A stretch of DNA of 64,000 nt from an uncultured Lachnospiraceae bacterium (GCA_947167445.1 CAMVID010000008.1:206-64205); one strand, 5' to 3'; counted from the stretch's first letter, positions 49,610 through 60,542 are shown. Notes: a model not told the origin generated them from the sequence alone. Numbers and translations: made by a program.

Positions 49610-49812
49610 AAAGACCGTAAAGAGATGAATTTGCAACTCCCCATAAAAAGTTATTAATTATCTCTCAAAACTCCCACTTTATTTCATCAGATTTTTGCAT
49701 CAAAAAAAAGTGAATTTTTTTACATTTTAGGGGGACAAATTTTACTTAATCGTTTAAGTTCTGTAATAATTTTGTAATATTTATTCAAAACAGGGTAATT
49801 TTTTAAAAAAAT

Positions 49813-49833
49813 GACAGGGACATGGTCCCTGTC
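49813..49833 (-). terminator. Terminator separating the upstream GGDEF operon from the giant operon
   Basis: 9-bp perfect stem GACAGGGAC-ATG-GTCCCTGTC, followed on the minus strand by AUUUUUUU. Confidence 0.85.
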
Positions 49834-49847
49834 AAATAATTTTATAA

Positions 49848-50507
49848 CTATTCCCCTATACCGAAAATGCAAATCAGCTTGGATCGGCCCTTATTGATGC
49901 TGCCAAGCATAACTTCAACAGAAGGAAATGGCCCCATTGGTGCGCCGTTTCCGTACACATTGTGGGCAATAAGGCCCGACATTTCCCTGTTAACATTAAT
50001 GGTGTGGATCTGCCTTTTGATATTGTCCTTATCGTTATAGATGGTCAAAATAAAGGTGTCATATAAGGGTTCAATCCGCCTGATCTCCGATTCATCCCGG
50101 GCAAAATCACACTTATACCCGTTCTTTGAAAAGAAGTCCAGCAGGGCCTTGGGAGACGTCCCAAATCGCCCGCCGAAAATCATTCCGTCCTTCTCAAATT
50201 CAGAAATCAGTTTTGGCAACGAGAAGCCTGAAATACCACCGAGCCTTACAAGTGCATTATAAGCCGCGATTATCTCGCATCCCGAAAAAGCCAGATTCTT
50301 TTTCCCAAAAGAAACGTCCTTCAAGTCCTTCTGATTCTCAATGAACCCTTCAATCCCGTTAGCGGCAAAGAACTCCTCATTCTTCTTGTAATGATCCTTT
50401 ATTTTTCTCTTGCTTATATGGGCTATCCTTCTTAAGAATTCCATAAAGCCCAAAACTGTCTTATTACTTACGTGTCTTGGAATAAAAGCCAAGAACCCCT
50501 TAAACAT
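49848..50507 (-). CDS. Hypothetical protein, possibly a papain-like (C39-like) cysteine peptidase fold
   Basis: 219-aa ORF. A candidate Cys (NLAFSGCEIIAAYNALVRLGG) and a candidate His (QIHTINVN ... LIAHNVYGNG) are present. This is weak, eye-only evidence. Confidence 0.3.
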   Translation of the reverse strand: MFKGFLAFIPRHVSNKTVLGFMEFLRRIAHISKRKIKDHYKKNEEFFAANGIEGFIENQKDLKDVSFGKKNLAFSGCEIIAAYNALVRLGGISGFSLPKLISEFEKDGMIFGGRFGTSPKALLDFFSKNGYKCDFARDESEIRRIEPLYDTFILTIYNDKDNIKRQIHTINVNREMSGLIAHNVYGNGAPMGPFPSVEVMLGSINKGRSKLICIFGIGE

Positions 50508-50509
50508 AT

Positions 50510-52576
50510 TTACTGCTCCGTCTCATAAAATGAATACTTGTTTGTACCGCTTCCCTTGCAGGTGTACATGGCGGTATCCGCAAGTCTATATATTTCCTCA
50601 TAATTTCTTGCTTCTTCGCTGTCACAAAGAATCGCACCTACACTGACGCTTACCTTCAGATCATCTATGCCGTCAATGCTGATATCATTTATAAACTCAA
50701 ACAAACGCTCAAGACATTTTATACCGACTTTCATATCTGAGATATCTGCTCCGAAAACTGCAAACTCATCGCCGCCGATACGGGCCAGGATATCCTTTCG
50801 TCTGAATGCCTTCTTTAAGCATCCTGCTATGCCTATAAGTACCTTATCACCAATGGGATGTCCGTAGTTATCATTGATATGTTTAAAGTCATTTATATCA
50901 ATGATGCAGAACATTCCGTCAACATTCTTCTTGATGAACTGTTCTATTCTCTTTTGTCCGCTGTCTCTGTTAAGTAATCCCGTAAGGCTGTCTGTTTCGG
51001 AGAGGATTACAAGTTTTTGCTCCATCTCCTTGTTGGATGTAATATCAGCCAAAGAGGTAATGATAACTGAGTTTCTGTTGGAGAGAACCGTCAGCTTTGA
51101 GTCGGCCTTAATATATGTGCTTCTGCCGCCTATATGATAAACCGGGTACTCATAGGAGATTTCATCCCCTTCCTCCTTGAGTTTTCTAATTTTCTCCCTT
51201 ATGATCTTGGCTGAGTCCTTAAGCACATCCGCCACCACATCCGGAAAGATATCGTTCATCATAATGTTCAAAGGCATATCAAAGATATCTGAGGCTGCCT
51301 CATTACATATGATGATACGGTTATCCATATCCGTAACTATTACTCCGCCGGATTGCATATGCAGCATTTCCGCATAAATCTCGTTCTGATTCTCCAGAGC
51401 CTCCTGAAGAGCCTTTCTGTATTCCAGCTCTTTCCTCTCAAGATTTCTGATATCCCTTTTTCTCTTAAGCTCCTGTCTCTCTCTGGCATCAACATTCTTG
51501 ACGCCTACCATAACCGTACTTTGATTCAGGTCCTTCTGAGACTTAACAAACTTCGTCTCGTAGTACAGAATTGCACCGCCGAGAACAATTCGATAAACAA
51601 TGGTAAACTTCCCGTTTTCCTCAAGTTCCCTCACAACATTTTCTCTTGTAAGGTTCTCCTCCATGTAGCTGACGTCATCACCGTAAATTGCCTTCTTAAT
51701 CATTTCGCCGCAATCCGCGAAGAAATCATCTCCCTCGGTCTTTAACTGCAGCATTTCATAGAACTTGGTGTTACTGAAGGACTTATAGGTATTGTTTTCC
51801 ATGTTGACCCAGAAAATAATGTCATATTCATCAGACAGGGCATTGATAACCATGATTCTTGCTTCATTTTCTCTCTGATGTTCAAGGTATACTTCATTCT
51901 CTGTCTCTATGGAAATGTTATAAATAACAACTGCGACACCGCATATCATAATTGCCACTGCGTAGAAAGGAAGCATCGGCAAAACAAACTGGATAACAGC
52001 TCCCAATAAAAGGAGAACCGTTGAAGCTATCACGACCAGGCTTCGCATTTTCTCAAATGCCTTTGTCTCTTTTCTGTAGTGGTTTATGGTATTAAGAATC
52101 ACAAAGATATAATAAAATACATAAACCAGGACCAGGCCAATGGTGTACAGGTTATATTTCACCGAGCCGTCGGGATTAAACTCAAAGAAATAGCTTGTGG
52201 ATATATTGATGGCTATTACCTGGTATCCGATGAGGGCCGGAACGCCGTCAACGATGTAAAGTTTCCTGTCTCTGTTTTGCATTATCATAAACAGGTGGGC
52301 CGAGGCATATTCGTACCACATAAACTCTACCAGTATTCCGAAGCAAAGACTAGCGTAGAACACTGTCCTTTTGGCATCGTAGAGCATATTGTTTATTGCG
52401 TAAACAGAAAAGCCCCACACACCGTCAAACAGTGTGTAGAGCAAAGAAACGCATAAAAATCCCGCAAAAAATCTGATGTTCAGATTCTTTCTTCTTATTC
52501 TGATAACCCTGAAGAGTACCGGAATAAGTACGAGTATTACCATGGCTGAAGTGATGATGTAAGTACGGCTTGTCAT
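50510..52576 (-). CDS. Membrane-bound diguanylate cyclase (multi-TM sensor, PAS-like, GGDEF)
   Basis: 688-aa ORF with an N-terminal polytopic region. The GGDEF domain shows TGLLNRDSG ... DINDFKHINDNYGHPIGD ... RIGGDEFAV. Confidence 0.85.
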   Translation of the reverse strand: MTSRTYIITSAMVILVLIPVLFRVIRIRRKNLNIRFFAGFLCVSLLYTLFDGVWGFSVYAINNMLYDAKRTVFYASLCFGILVEFMWYEYASAHLFMIMQNRDRKLYIVDGVPALIGYQVIAINISTSYFFEFNPDGSVKYNLYTIGLVLVYVFYYIFVILNTINHYRKETKAFEKMRSLVVIASTVLLLLGAVIQFVLPMLPFYAVAIMICGVAVVIYNISIETENEVYLEHQRENEARIMVINALSDEYDIIFWVNMENNTYKSFSNTKFYEMLQLKTEGDDFFADCGEMIKKAIYGDDVSYMEENLTRENVVRELEENGKFTIVYRIVLGGAILYYETKFVKSQKDLNQSTVMVGVKNVDARERQELKRKRDIRNLERKELEYRKALQEALENQNEIYAEMLHMQSGGVIVTDMDNRIIICNEAASDIFDMPLNIMMNDIFPDVVADVLKDSAKIIREKIRKLKEEGDEISYEYPVYHIGGRSTYIKADSKLTVLSNRNSVIITSLADITSNKEMEQKLVILSETDSLTGLLNRDSGQKRIEQFIKKNVDGMFCIIDINDFKHINDNYGHPIGDKVLIGIAGCLKKAFRRKDILARIGGDEFAVFGADISDMKVGIKCLERLFEFINDISIDGIDDLKVSVSVGAILCDSEEARNYEEIYRLADTAMYTCKGSGTNKYSFYETEQ

Positions 52577-52601
52577 AAATAACGGGCTCCTTTCAAGTCA
52601 A

Positions 52602-53696
52602 TTATTTAAGAACGAACTCCATAACTACGGGATTGTGGTCCGAATATTCGAAGCCGGCATCAATATTTCTGACGCTTACCACTTCGATGTTATCAGAAGC
52701 AACAAACCCGTCCACTATCACTGTAAAATTGCCTTCCTCATAAGGAACGTCACAATTTCGTGCAGTGGGTACTACCTTCCCTTCATCATATTCTATACAT
52801 CTATTAAGACCCTTTGGAAGAACCTCCGTCGGAAATGGCATTGTCCATCCGAAGGGTGATTCGTCCAGATTATCCAATAACTTCAATGAATTGTCGGTAA
52901 AATCATCGTTAAAATCTCCACCGACCAAAACATAATTTCCGGCCTTATACTCCTTCTCCATATCTTCAAAGAGCATCTGAAGCTGTCTGGAATGGATGGA
53001 ATCGCTTCCGCCGTATGCCGACAGATGGGAATTGTAAATCACCAGCTCTTTTCCGTTATCTGTAGGTATTCTGGAAATCGAAAAGCATCTGTCCAGATCA
53101 ATAATCTTCGTAATGCTTTCAGATATGGGATAACTTCTTCTTAACCCATCAGTAATATTGTACTTTGAAAGTGTCAATATTCCTGACTCGTTCTTACCAT
53201 GTGGTTCGGTAAATGGATACATCAGAAAAGCTGAGTCAAAATTCTGTGCAAACACACTGGAGTATCCGGGGAACTTTTCTTTCAGCTTTTCGACCTCGTT
53301 TACGTGATAGGATCTTGTACCGTTAACGTCCACCTCCTGGAAAACCACAAAATCCGGATTGAAGGATAAAGCCATGTCTCCGACTTTATCGACGCAGTTC
53401 TCCACACTCTCCTTGCTGTCACCCCAGGATTCTTTACCTCCATCCATAAAGAAGGTATAGTCTCTCGTATAAGCGCCAAAGCCTATGTTGTGAGTCACAA
53501 TGGTAAGATTCTCTCCAACCCTTACCTCATTAAGGTCGGAAACATTCTGTGGCTCAAGCTTTTGATTGTCATCAATTCTTTTATAGCTTCCGAAGAGATA
53601 TACGGCATAGCCTATGACAACCAAAAGGAAAATACCAATCACCCATAGAATGATCCTCAAAAGCTTCGGCAGCTTTCTCTTATTCTCTTTGCTCAT
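52602..53696 (-). CDS. Endonuclease/exonuclease/phosphatase (EEP) family protein with N-terminal TM
   Basis: 364-aa ORF with motifs FVVFQEVD, VGGDFND and YSDHNPVV. Confidence 0.8.
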   Translation of the reverse strand: MSKENKRKLPKLLRIILWVIGIFLLVVIGYAVYLFGSYKRIDDNQKLEPQNVSDLNEVRVGENLTIVTHNIGFGAYTRDYTFFMDGGKESWGDSKESVENCVDKVGDMALSFNPDFVVFQEVDVNGTRSYHVNEVEKLKEKFPGYSSVFAQNFDSAFLMYPFTEPHGKNESGILTLSKYNITDGLRRSYPISESITKIIDLDRCFSISRIPTDNGKELVIYNSHLSAYGGSDSIHSRQLQMLFEDMEKEYKAGNYVLVGGDFNDDFTDNSLKLLDNLDESPFGWTMPFPTEVLPKGLNRCIEYDEGKVVPTARNCDVPYEEGNFTVIVDGFVASDNIEVVSVRNIDAGFEYSDHNPVVMEFVLK

Positions 53697-53717
53697 ATTT
53701 CTTCCCTATATCTTATC

Positions 53718-55526
53718 TTATGCGTTGGCAGCCGAATCAACCTCTTCAAGGAGCTTATAGTACTGTTTGTGTGCCTGATCAAACTCCTTGTTGAATCTGC
53801 TGTTCTGACCCGCATGTAATCCTGTTACATATGAATGAGCAAGATGTTCATTCTCATTTGCTCTTGTTATGGTGGCAATGCCGATGTTGGAACAGGTATC
53901 AGCAATACTTCCGATGTTTGAGAGGATATTCATGAAGATTACACCTGCAGGTATTGAACAGGTACCCTCTCTAAGCCTTGCCAGGTGATTATCATGAACT
54001 GTGTCTATCATCTCATCGATAACCTCTTCCAAGGGCTCAATGTGGTAGGCAGCATTTACATCCCTCTTAATGAATGCAGGGCGGGTGTATTCCAGAATCT
54101 CATTAAGGAGTTTCTCTACAACCTCCATTTCCCTAAGTGCCACTCCTGAGAAAACGATTCCGTCCTGCTTCATGGATGTTGCTGCATCTGCTATATGAAC
54201 GGCGTGATCGCCCAAATGTTCAAATTCGGATACCACTCTGTGGTACTGGTTCAAAATCTTGATGTGCAGTTCTTCACTTACATGAGGAGAAAGCTTAACC
54301 AGATAGTTATCTACACAGTCTGTCATGTAGTCAATATTCTCTTCCTCAGCGTAAATCTCTTTGACAACTGCTTCATCATACTTCTCTACAAGTCCCAGTG
54401 CTTTCTCGATGTTGACGTACGATGCCTCAAGCATTGTAATAAGTACGTTGTAGCAGCCTCTGAATGCAAGAGCAGGGGTTGAAAAGAATACAGGGTTTAA
54501 TGCTGAAATCTGCTCAGCATATTTGTTGGCAGCCACGGCCTCATCCTTGACAATCTTCCGGCTTAATTTCTCATAAACGCCTGTCAAAGGGAAAAGTACA
54601 ATAGCACAACCCAGGTTGAATACCGTGTTGGTGTTGGCTATTCCTCCCGAGGTAAGCTCTCGGTTCCAAAGAGAATCCAAAAGCCCAAGTCTGTATATAA
54701 TACCGACAACCACAAGTACTGTAATCGTCTCACTTAAGTTAAAAAGGATATTTACTATGCCTACACGTCTTGCATCCGCCTTGGCACCTATGGAGCAGAC
54801 TATAGCCGTTGTAACACAATCTCCGAGATAAATACCTACAAGCACTACATATATTGTTCTGAATGGAATGCCACCCGCAATGGAGAAAGCCTGCAATATA
54901 CCGATTGTTGCCGATGAGCTTTGCAGTACGAATGCCACACCCGCGCCTGCCAGATATCCAAGCACAGGATTATCGCCCAGGCTTAAAAACACTCTGCCAA
55001 GCATGCCGTTATCGGAGAATTCCGAAACTGCTGCTGTCATATTTAAAAGTCCGGTAAACAAAACACCGAATCCGATGGCGATATTCCCAATGTTATCGGA
55101 CTTATTAAACTTAAAGAACATGATTAACGAAATTCCGATAATCAATGCAAGAGGTGCCAAAGTCACCGGCTGAAAGAATCTCAGCCAGAAATTCCCGTCG
55201 GCATTGACATCGAGAAGTCTGATAATCTGACCCGTAACAGTGGTACCTACGTTGGCACCGATAATTATTCCCAAAGACTGTCTAAGTGAAATGATTCCGG
55301 CTGCAACCAAACCGGATGTGATAACAATGGTTGCTGTGGACGACTGGATAATCGCTGTAACCGCTACTCCAAGAATAAAAGCTTTAAGAGGATTGTTAGT
55401 AACCTTCTCCATTACGACCTTCAGCGTTCCGGATGAGCCTTCCTTCAAATTGCTGCTCATCAGCCTCATTCCGTAAAGGAAAAGAGCCAAACCTCCAAGT
55501 AGCGATATGGCGTTAAAAATGTACAT
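53718..55526 (-). CDS. Na/Pi cotransporter family protein with PhoU-like C-terminal domain
   Basis: 602-aa ORF. The N-terminus LLGGLALFLYGMRLMSSNLKE and the repeated QSSSAT motifs are typical of this family. Confidence 0.8.
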   Translation of the reverse strand: MYIFNAISLLGGLALFLYGMRLMSSNLKEGSSGTLKVVMEKVTNNPLKAFILGVAVTAIIQSSTATIVITSGLVAAGIISLRQSLGIIIGANVGTTVTGQIIRLLDVNADGNFWLRFFQPVTLAPLALIIGISLIMFFKFNKSDNIGNIAIGFGVLFTGLLNMTAAVSEFSDNGMLGRVFLSLGDNPVLGYLAGAGVAFVLQSSSATIGILQAFSIAGGIPFRTIYVVLVGIYLGDCVTTAIVCSIGAKADARRVGIVNILFNLSETITVLVVVGIIYRLGLLDSLWNRELTSGGIANTNTVFNLGCAIVLFPLTGVYEKLSRKIVKDEAVAANKYAEQISALNPVFFSTPALAFRGCYNVLITMLEASYVNIEKALGLVEKYDEAVVKEIYAEEENIDYMTDCVDNYLVKLSPHVSEELHIKILNQYHRVVSEFEHLGDHAVHIADAATSMKQDGIVFSGVALREMEVVEKLLNEILEYTRPAFIKRDVNAAYHIEPLEEVIDEMIDTVHDNHLARLREGTCSIPAGVIFMNILSNIGSIADTCSNIGIATITRANENEHLAHSYVTGLHAGQNSRFNKEFDQAHKQYYKLLEEVDSAANA

Positions 55527-55640
55527 GATACTCTCCTGTGATATTCCATTTATTTACTTTTCCACCCATACCCCTATTTAATATTCTAACAATATTATCC
55601 CATTATTTCAAATAGAATGTTGCTTGCAACTACACGAAAA

Positions 55641-55664
55641 AAGAGGACGGAAAACCGTCCTCTT
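55641..55664 (-). terminator. Terminator downstream of rny
   Basis: AAGAGGACGG-AAAA-CCGTCCTCTT, followed on the minus strand by a U-run. Confidence 0.8.
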
Positions 55665-55689
55665 AAATTCCTTTCATTTCCGAAAAGAC

Positions 55690-57237
55690 TTACTTTGCGT
55701 AATCTGTTACTCTGGATTCTCTGATGACATTTACCTTGATCTGTCCGGGATATTCCATCTCGTCCTCGATCTTCTTTGAAATGTCTCTTGCCAGGATAAC
55801 CATATCTGCATCAGTAACCTGTTCAGGAATTACCATTACACGAATCTCTCTACCCGCCTGAATGGCAAAAGATTTGTCTACGCCTTTGAAATTGTTGGAT
55901 ATGTCTTCTAACTGTTTAAGTCTGGTTGTATAGGTCTCTAAAGTCTCACGTCTTGCACCGGGTCTAGCAGCAGAAATAGCATCTGCAGCTTGAACAATGC
56001 ATGCAATCAGAGACTGGGGTTCTACATCACCGTGGTGAGCTTCAACCGCATTAACCACAATTGCATTCTCTTTGTACTTCTTACAAAGCTCGGTACCAAG
56101 CTGTACATGTGAACCTTCCATTTCGTGGTCCACTGCTTTACCGATATCATGGAGTAAGCCTGCTCTCTTGGCAAGTCTTACATCAAGCCCCATCTCGGCA
56201 GCGAGAATACCTGATAACTGTGCAACTTCAACGCTGTGTCTTAAAACATTCTGACCATAACTTGTTCTGAACTTCATCTTACCAAGTAATCTGATAAGTT
56301 CAGGGTGGATTCCGTGAACGCCAACTTCTAATGCGGCTGCTTCACCCTCCTCCTTAATCATGGTCTCAACTTCTTTCTGAGCCTTCTCTACTGTTTCCTC
56401 AATTCTTGCCGGATGAATACGTCCGTCAACAATTAATTTCTCCAGTGCGATTCTTGCGACCTCTCTACGGATAGGATCAAAGCCTGACAGGATAACAGCT
56501 TCGGGAGTATCGTCTATAATAAGGTCAACACCCGTCATGGTCTCAAGGGTTCTGATGTTACGTCCCTCTCGTCCGATGATACGGCCTTTCATCTCATCAT
56601 TGGGGAGCTGTACAACTGAGATTGTAGCTTCGGATACATGATCTGCAGCACACTTCTGAATGGCTGTAATAACAACTTCCTTAGCCTTCTTGTCGGCTTC
56701 CTCTTTCGCTCTTGCTTCCATCTCCTTGATGAGCTTCGCGGTTTCAAGTTTTACATCATCTTCAACAATTTTAAGTAAATAATCCTTTGCCTGGTCGGAG
56801 GTTAAACCAGAGATTCGCTCCAATTCCTGTACCCTTTGCTCATTCAGCTTGGAAACTTCCTCTTTCATCTTGTTGAGGGAGTCTTCCTTCTGTGACAAAC
56901 TTGCTTCCTTCTTCTCGATTGCATCGGACTTCTTGTCGATGTTTTCCTCTTTCTGCTGGATACGTCTCTCGGAACGCTGAATTTCAGCTCTGCGCTCTTT
57001 GATCTCTCTCTCCAATTCATTCTTGTTACGAATGTTTTCTTCCTTTGCTTCAAGGAGAGCTTCACGTTTCTTGCTTTCAGCAGTCTTGAGGGCTTCATCG
57101 ATGATTTCACGAGCCTTATCCTCAGCAGAGCCTATCTTAGCATCAACAACTTTCTTACGGTAGCTGTTGGTGATAATCGCTGTAAGAGGAATTGCAATCA
57201 CGAGGCAGATTGCCGCAGTGATAACAATAGTGGTCAT
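55690..57237 (-). CDS. rny: Ribonuclease Y
   Basis: 515-aa ORF with an N-terminal TM, a charged coiled coil, a KH domain ([12 protein letters not shown]) and an HD domain (LLHDIGKA). Confidence 0.95.
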   Translation of the reverse strand: MTTIVITAAICLVIAIPLTAIITNSYRKKVVDAKIGSAEDKAREIIDEALKTAESKKREALLEAKEENIRNKNELEREIKERRAEIQRSERRIQQKEENIDKKSDAIEKKEASLSQKEDSLNKMKEEVSKLNEQRVQELERISGLTSDQAKDYLLKIVEDDVKLETAKLIKEMEARAKEEADKKAKEVVITAIQKCAADHVSEATISVVQLPNDEMKGRIIGREGRNIRTLETMTGVDLIIDDTPEAVILSGFDPIRREVARIALEKLIVDGRIHPARIEETVEKAQKEVETMIKEEGEAAALEVGVHGIHPELIRLLGKMKFRTSYGQNVLRHSVEVAQLSGILAAEMGLDVRLAKRAGLLHDIGKAVDHEMEGSHVQLGTELCKKYKENAIVVNAVEAHHGDVEPQSLIACIVQAADAISAARPGARRETLETYTTRLKQLEDISNNFKGVDKSFAIQAGREIRVMVIPEQVTDADMVILARDISKKIEDEMEYPGQIKVNVIRESRVTDYAK

Positions 57238-57351
57238 CTTTCAGGAGCACCTCCTTATTTAATTTTCATTGTACATGCGGTGCGAAAACCGCCAAATCTA
57301 TTATAGAGCGCCTACACTTTAGGCATTCTAAATGCATCTACAACATATAAA

Positions 57352-57380
57352 ATTTTATACTGTAGACTATGTTATGTCAA
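57352..57380 (-). promoter_or_regulatory. Candidate rny promoter
   Basis: On the minus strand, TTGACA (57375-57380), a 17-nt spacer and TAAAAT (57352-57357). Confidence 0.5.
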
Positions 57381-57400
57381 GTAGGTGCCACTTTCTTTTT

Positions 57401-58021
57401 CTAAAAGTCAGAATTTCTGATGCAATTTGAAATGGAATCGTATGAATACCCTTTTCGCATCAAAGAAGCTATCATTTTCTGCCTCTCGGTATAGTCGGCT
57501 TCATGGGGATTAAATCTCTTTTTGGCAAGAATTCGCCTGATTTGTGTCTCCTCATCTATTCCCGAGTCGCTGCTTTCTTCAAAGGACCTAAAGGCTTTCT
57601 CGATATCTCTGCCGGAAACTCCCTTGCCCCTTAAATCATTCTTCATTCTCGTAAGGCTTCTTGTATCCTTATAAGTTTCAAAGAATTCAAGACAATATTT
57701 GACATCATCAATATATCCGAAGCCCTTAAGGTACTCTATGGCCTCGTCAACAACCGTCTCAGGATATTCCCCTGCGTCATATTTATCTCTAAGCTGCTTC
57801 TCTGTGTAGGGTTTCTTGGTAAGAAGAGCAAGGCCTCTAAGCTTTGCTCTCTTTGGAAGAAGTTTGGTTGTTATGGCCTCATATGAGGCCCTTGAAATCT
57901 CAGAATTTAAAGAAATGTTATATTCCTTAAATTCGCCTTTGTATAATACAAAGGCGAATTCATAGTCAATATATATGCGGCTTCTTTTCTTGTCCAATGG
58001 AACAATATCCGTAACAATCAT
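57401..58021 (-). CDS. recX: Recombination regulator RecX
   Basis: 206-aa helical-repeat ORF immediately downstream of recA, with RecX-like repeats (ALLTKKPYTEKQLRDKY ... EAIEYLKGFGYIDD). Confidence 0.8.
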   Translation of the reverse strand: MIVTDIVPLDKKRSRIYIDYEFAFVLYKGEFKEYNISLNSEISRASYEAITTKLLPKRAKLRGLALLTKKPYTEKQLRDKYDAGEYPETVVDEAIEYLKGFGYIDDVKYCLEFFETYKDTRSLTRMKNDLRGKGVSGRDIEKAFRSFEESSDSGIDEETQIRRILAKKRFNPHEADYTERQKMIASLMRKGYSYDSISNCIRNSDF

Positions 58022-58039
58022 TTCATTACCCGCCGGAAA

Positions 58040-59056
58040 TTATTTGTCGGCTTCTGTATCAGTCGGAAGTCCGTAATGCTCTCTAACTTTATTCTCTATC
58101 TCGGCAAGAACTGCGGGATTATTCTCAAGATAAATCTTGGCATTCTCTCTTCCCTGGCCAATCTTCTCGCCGTTATATGCATACCATGCGCCGGACTTGT
58201 TAACAATATCAATATCAGCTGCAAGATCGAGAATATCGCCTGATGCAGAAATTCCCTTTCCGAACATGATATCAAACTCTGCTTCCTTGAAAGGAGGAGC
58301 AATCTTATTCTTAACAACCTTAACCCTGGTTCTGTTTCCGATTACCTCACCGCCCTGCTTTAAGGATTCAATTCTTCTTACGTCCATACGAACCGATGAA
58401 TAGAACTTAAGAGCACGGCCACCTGTTGTTGTCTCTGGATTACCAAACATTACGCCAACCTTCTCACGAAGCTGGTTAATGAATACAACTGCGCAGTTGG
58501 ACTTGCTGATAACGCCGGTAAGCTTTCTCAATGCCTGGGACATAAGTCTTGCCTGAAGGCCAACGTGGGAATCACCCATCTCACCGTCAATTTCAGCCTT
58601 GGGTACAAGAGCTGCAACAGAGTCGATAACCACAATATCGATGGCGCCTGAGCGAACCATTGTCTCTGCAATCTCAAGAGCCTGCTCACCGTTATCGGGC
58701 TGTGAAATGTAGAGGTTGTCGATATCTACGCCAATATTCTTGGCATATACGGGATCAAGAGCATGCTCCGCATCAATAAAGCCTGCGATTCCGCCTCTCT
58801 TCTGAACCTCCGCAATCATGTGCAAAGTAACTGTGGTCTTACCACTGGATTCGGGACCGTATATCTCCACAATTCGTCCCTTGGGAATGCCACCAAGACC
58901 AAGTGCAATGTCCAAACTAAGGGAACCTGTGGGAATGGTCTCCACATTCATCTGAGCGGAAGGGTCACCAAGTTTCATAACTGCGCCCTTACCATACTGT
59001 TTCTCAATCTGCAGCAACGCCGCGTCAAGTGCTTTTAACTTTTCGTCTCTTTCCAT
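58040..59056 (-). CDS. recA: Recombinase RecA
   Basis: 338-aa ORF with Walker [10 protein letters not shown] and [14 protein letters not shown]. Confidence 0.98.
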   Translation of the reverse strand: MERDEKLKALDAALLQIEKQYGKGAVMKLGDPSAQMNVETIPTGSLSLDIALGLGGIPKGRIVEIYGPESSGKTTVTLHMIAEVQKRGGIAGFIDAEHALDPVYAKNIGVDIDNLYISQPDNGEQALEIAETMVRSGAIDIVVIDSVAALVPKAEIDGEMGDSHVGLQARLMSQALRKLTGVISKSNCAVVFINQLREKVGVMFGNPETTTGGRALKFYSSVRMDVRRIESLKQGGEVIGNRTRVKVVKNKIAPPFKEAEFDIMFGKGISASGDILDLAADIDIVNKSGAWYAYNGEKIGQGRENAKIYLENNPAVLAEIENKVREHYGLPTDTEADK

Positions 59057-59072
59057 TACCTTCTCCTTTGTC

Positions 59073-59121
59073 CGAACATTAGTTCTAAACTAAGAATAAA
59101 CAAATGTTCGGCTTCTGTCAA
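59073..59121 (-). promoter_or_regulatory. recA promoter with two LexA (Cheo-type) boxes
   Basis: On the minus strand, TTGACA (59116-59121), 17 nt and TATTCT (59093-59098). Box CGAACATTTGTTTA (59097-59110) lies in the spacer and overlaps the -10. Box AGAACTAATGTTCG (59073-59086) is a perfect GAAC-N4-GTTC around the predicted start site. Confidence 0.7.
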
Positions 59122-59257
59122 TAGTTTTTTTGTAATTTGTAACTCTTCGGGAAATTTTCGGCGAAAAGCCTAAGAAATCAATGCTTCGAAAATGGATATT
59201 TTTATCTTACATCGACTTTCTCAGTTTTACAAATTAAATTTTTATAAACTTTTTGTT

Positions 59258-60541
59258 CTAGAAAGATATGGGGCTTCCCTTGTCGGAAAAGGTAACCTTG
59301 CTGTAATATTCAAGAACGCTCTTTCTCAAAACCGTAAGGGCAGCTGAAGTAGCCTGCTCTCTTATTCTTTGTCTGTTTCCCGAAAAAATGTATTTATACG
59401 CTTTGGATTCACCCTTTATGCAGCAGCCGATAAACACGGTTCCCACGGGAATCTCATCGGTTCCGCCTCCGGGTCCCGCAAGTCCTGTTACGCTTATGGC
59501 AACATCTGCCTTGGATTCGGCTGCGGCTCCCTTTGCCATTTCATTGGCAACCCGTTCGCTTACTGCAGTATACTTTTCAAGGGTAGCTTTTTTGACTCCC
59601 ACAAGTTTCCTCTTGGCCTTGTTGGAGTATGTGACAAATCCATACTTGAATACGTCGGATGCCCCGGGAACATTGATAATTCTTGAGGATACCATTCCTC
59701 CCGTACAGGACTCGACTGTGGAAATCGTAAGATTGTTGGCTGTGAGAAGTTCAACAACGTCCTGCTCTAAGGTGACATCCTCCCTGGTGGTGTAAATGGC
59801 GGCACCAAGTCGGTTCTTAATCTCTTTAACCACAGGTTTAACCAGCTTCTTGGCCTCGTCCTCATCGGCAGCCTTGGCAGTAACTCTAAGGTGAACCTCT
59901 CCGGGCTTTGCATATGTGGCAATGGTAGGATTGGTCTGCTTCGAAATAATGTCAGATAGAATAGAAGCCACCTTGCTCTCTCCGATTCCGCAGATCTTAA
60001 TGGTCTTGGAATAGAGGCAGTCAGGTACGACTTCCTTAAGATACGGGATAACCTGGTCCTCAAACATAGGTTTCATTTCTGAAGGAGGACCCGGCAAAAG
60101 AATCAAATGAACATTGGCATCTGAAATGATTATTCCGGGTGCCGTTCCGTTTGGATTATACAAAACCTTTGAGCCCTCCGGAACCATGGCCTGCTTCCAG
60201 TTGCTCTCAGGAATATCTCTTCCGAGTTTGGCAAAATAATCACTTATATCCTGCCTCTGTCTGGCGTCGCTTACAAGGTTTCTGCCCATAACCTTGGCAG
60301 CGGTTTCCTTGGTAAGGTCATCCTCCGTAGGCCCAAGTCCGCCGGAAAGGATAACCACGTCAGATCTTCCTGTGGCAGTTTTAATTTCCGCCGTAAGTCT
60401 TTCTTCGTTATCTCCCACTACACTCTGGTAATAGCAAACAAGACCCAGTTTAGCGCATTGTTCCGCAAGATAGGCCGCGTTTGTATTAACTATATTCCCC
60501 ATCAGAATTTCGGTTCCCACCGAAATAATTTCAACCTTCAT
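59258..60541 (-). CDS. cinA: Competence/damage-inducible protein CinA (MoCF + PncC domains)
   Basis: 427-aa ORF. The N-terminus is MKVEIISVGTEILMGNIVNTNAAYLA and the C-terminal domain carries ESCTGG. Confidence 0.9.
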   Translation of the reverse strand: MKVEIISVGTEILMGNIVNTNAAYLAEQCAKLGLVCYYQSVVGDNEERLTAEIKTATGRSDVVILSGGLGPTEDDLTKETAAKVMGRNLVSDARQRQDISDYFAKLGRDIPESNWKQAMVPEGSKVLYNPNGTAPGIIISDANVHLILLPGPPSEMKPMFEDQVIPYLKEVVPDCLYSKTIKICGIGESKVASILSDIISKQTNPTIATYAKPGEVHLRVTAKAADEDEAKKLVKPVVKEIKNRLGAAIYTTREDVTLEQDVVELLTANNLTISTVESCTGGMVSSRIINVPGASDVFKYGFVTYSNKAKRKLVGVKKATLEKYTAVSERVANEMAKGAAAESKADVAISVTGLAGPGGGTDEIPVGTVFIGCCIKGESKAYKYIFSGNRQRIREQATSAALTVLRKSVLEYYSKVTFSDKGSPISF

Positions 60542-60542
60542 C

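Noticed and set aside
49439-49812. c-di-GMP riboswitch in the operon leader, prompted by the adjacent GGDEF gene
   Set aside because: I could not see the conserved GEMM-I or GEMM-II core sequences by eye. A covariance-model scan is needed to exclude it.
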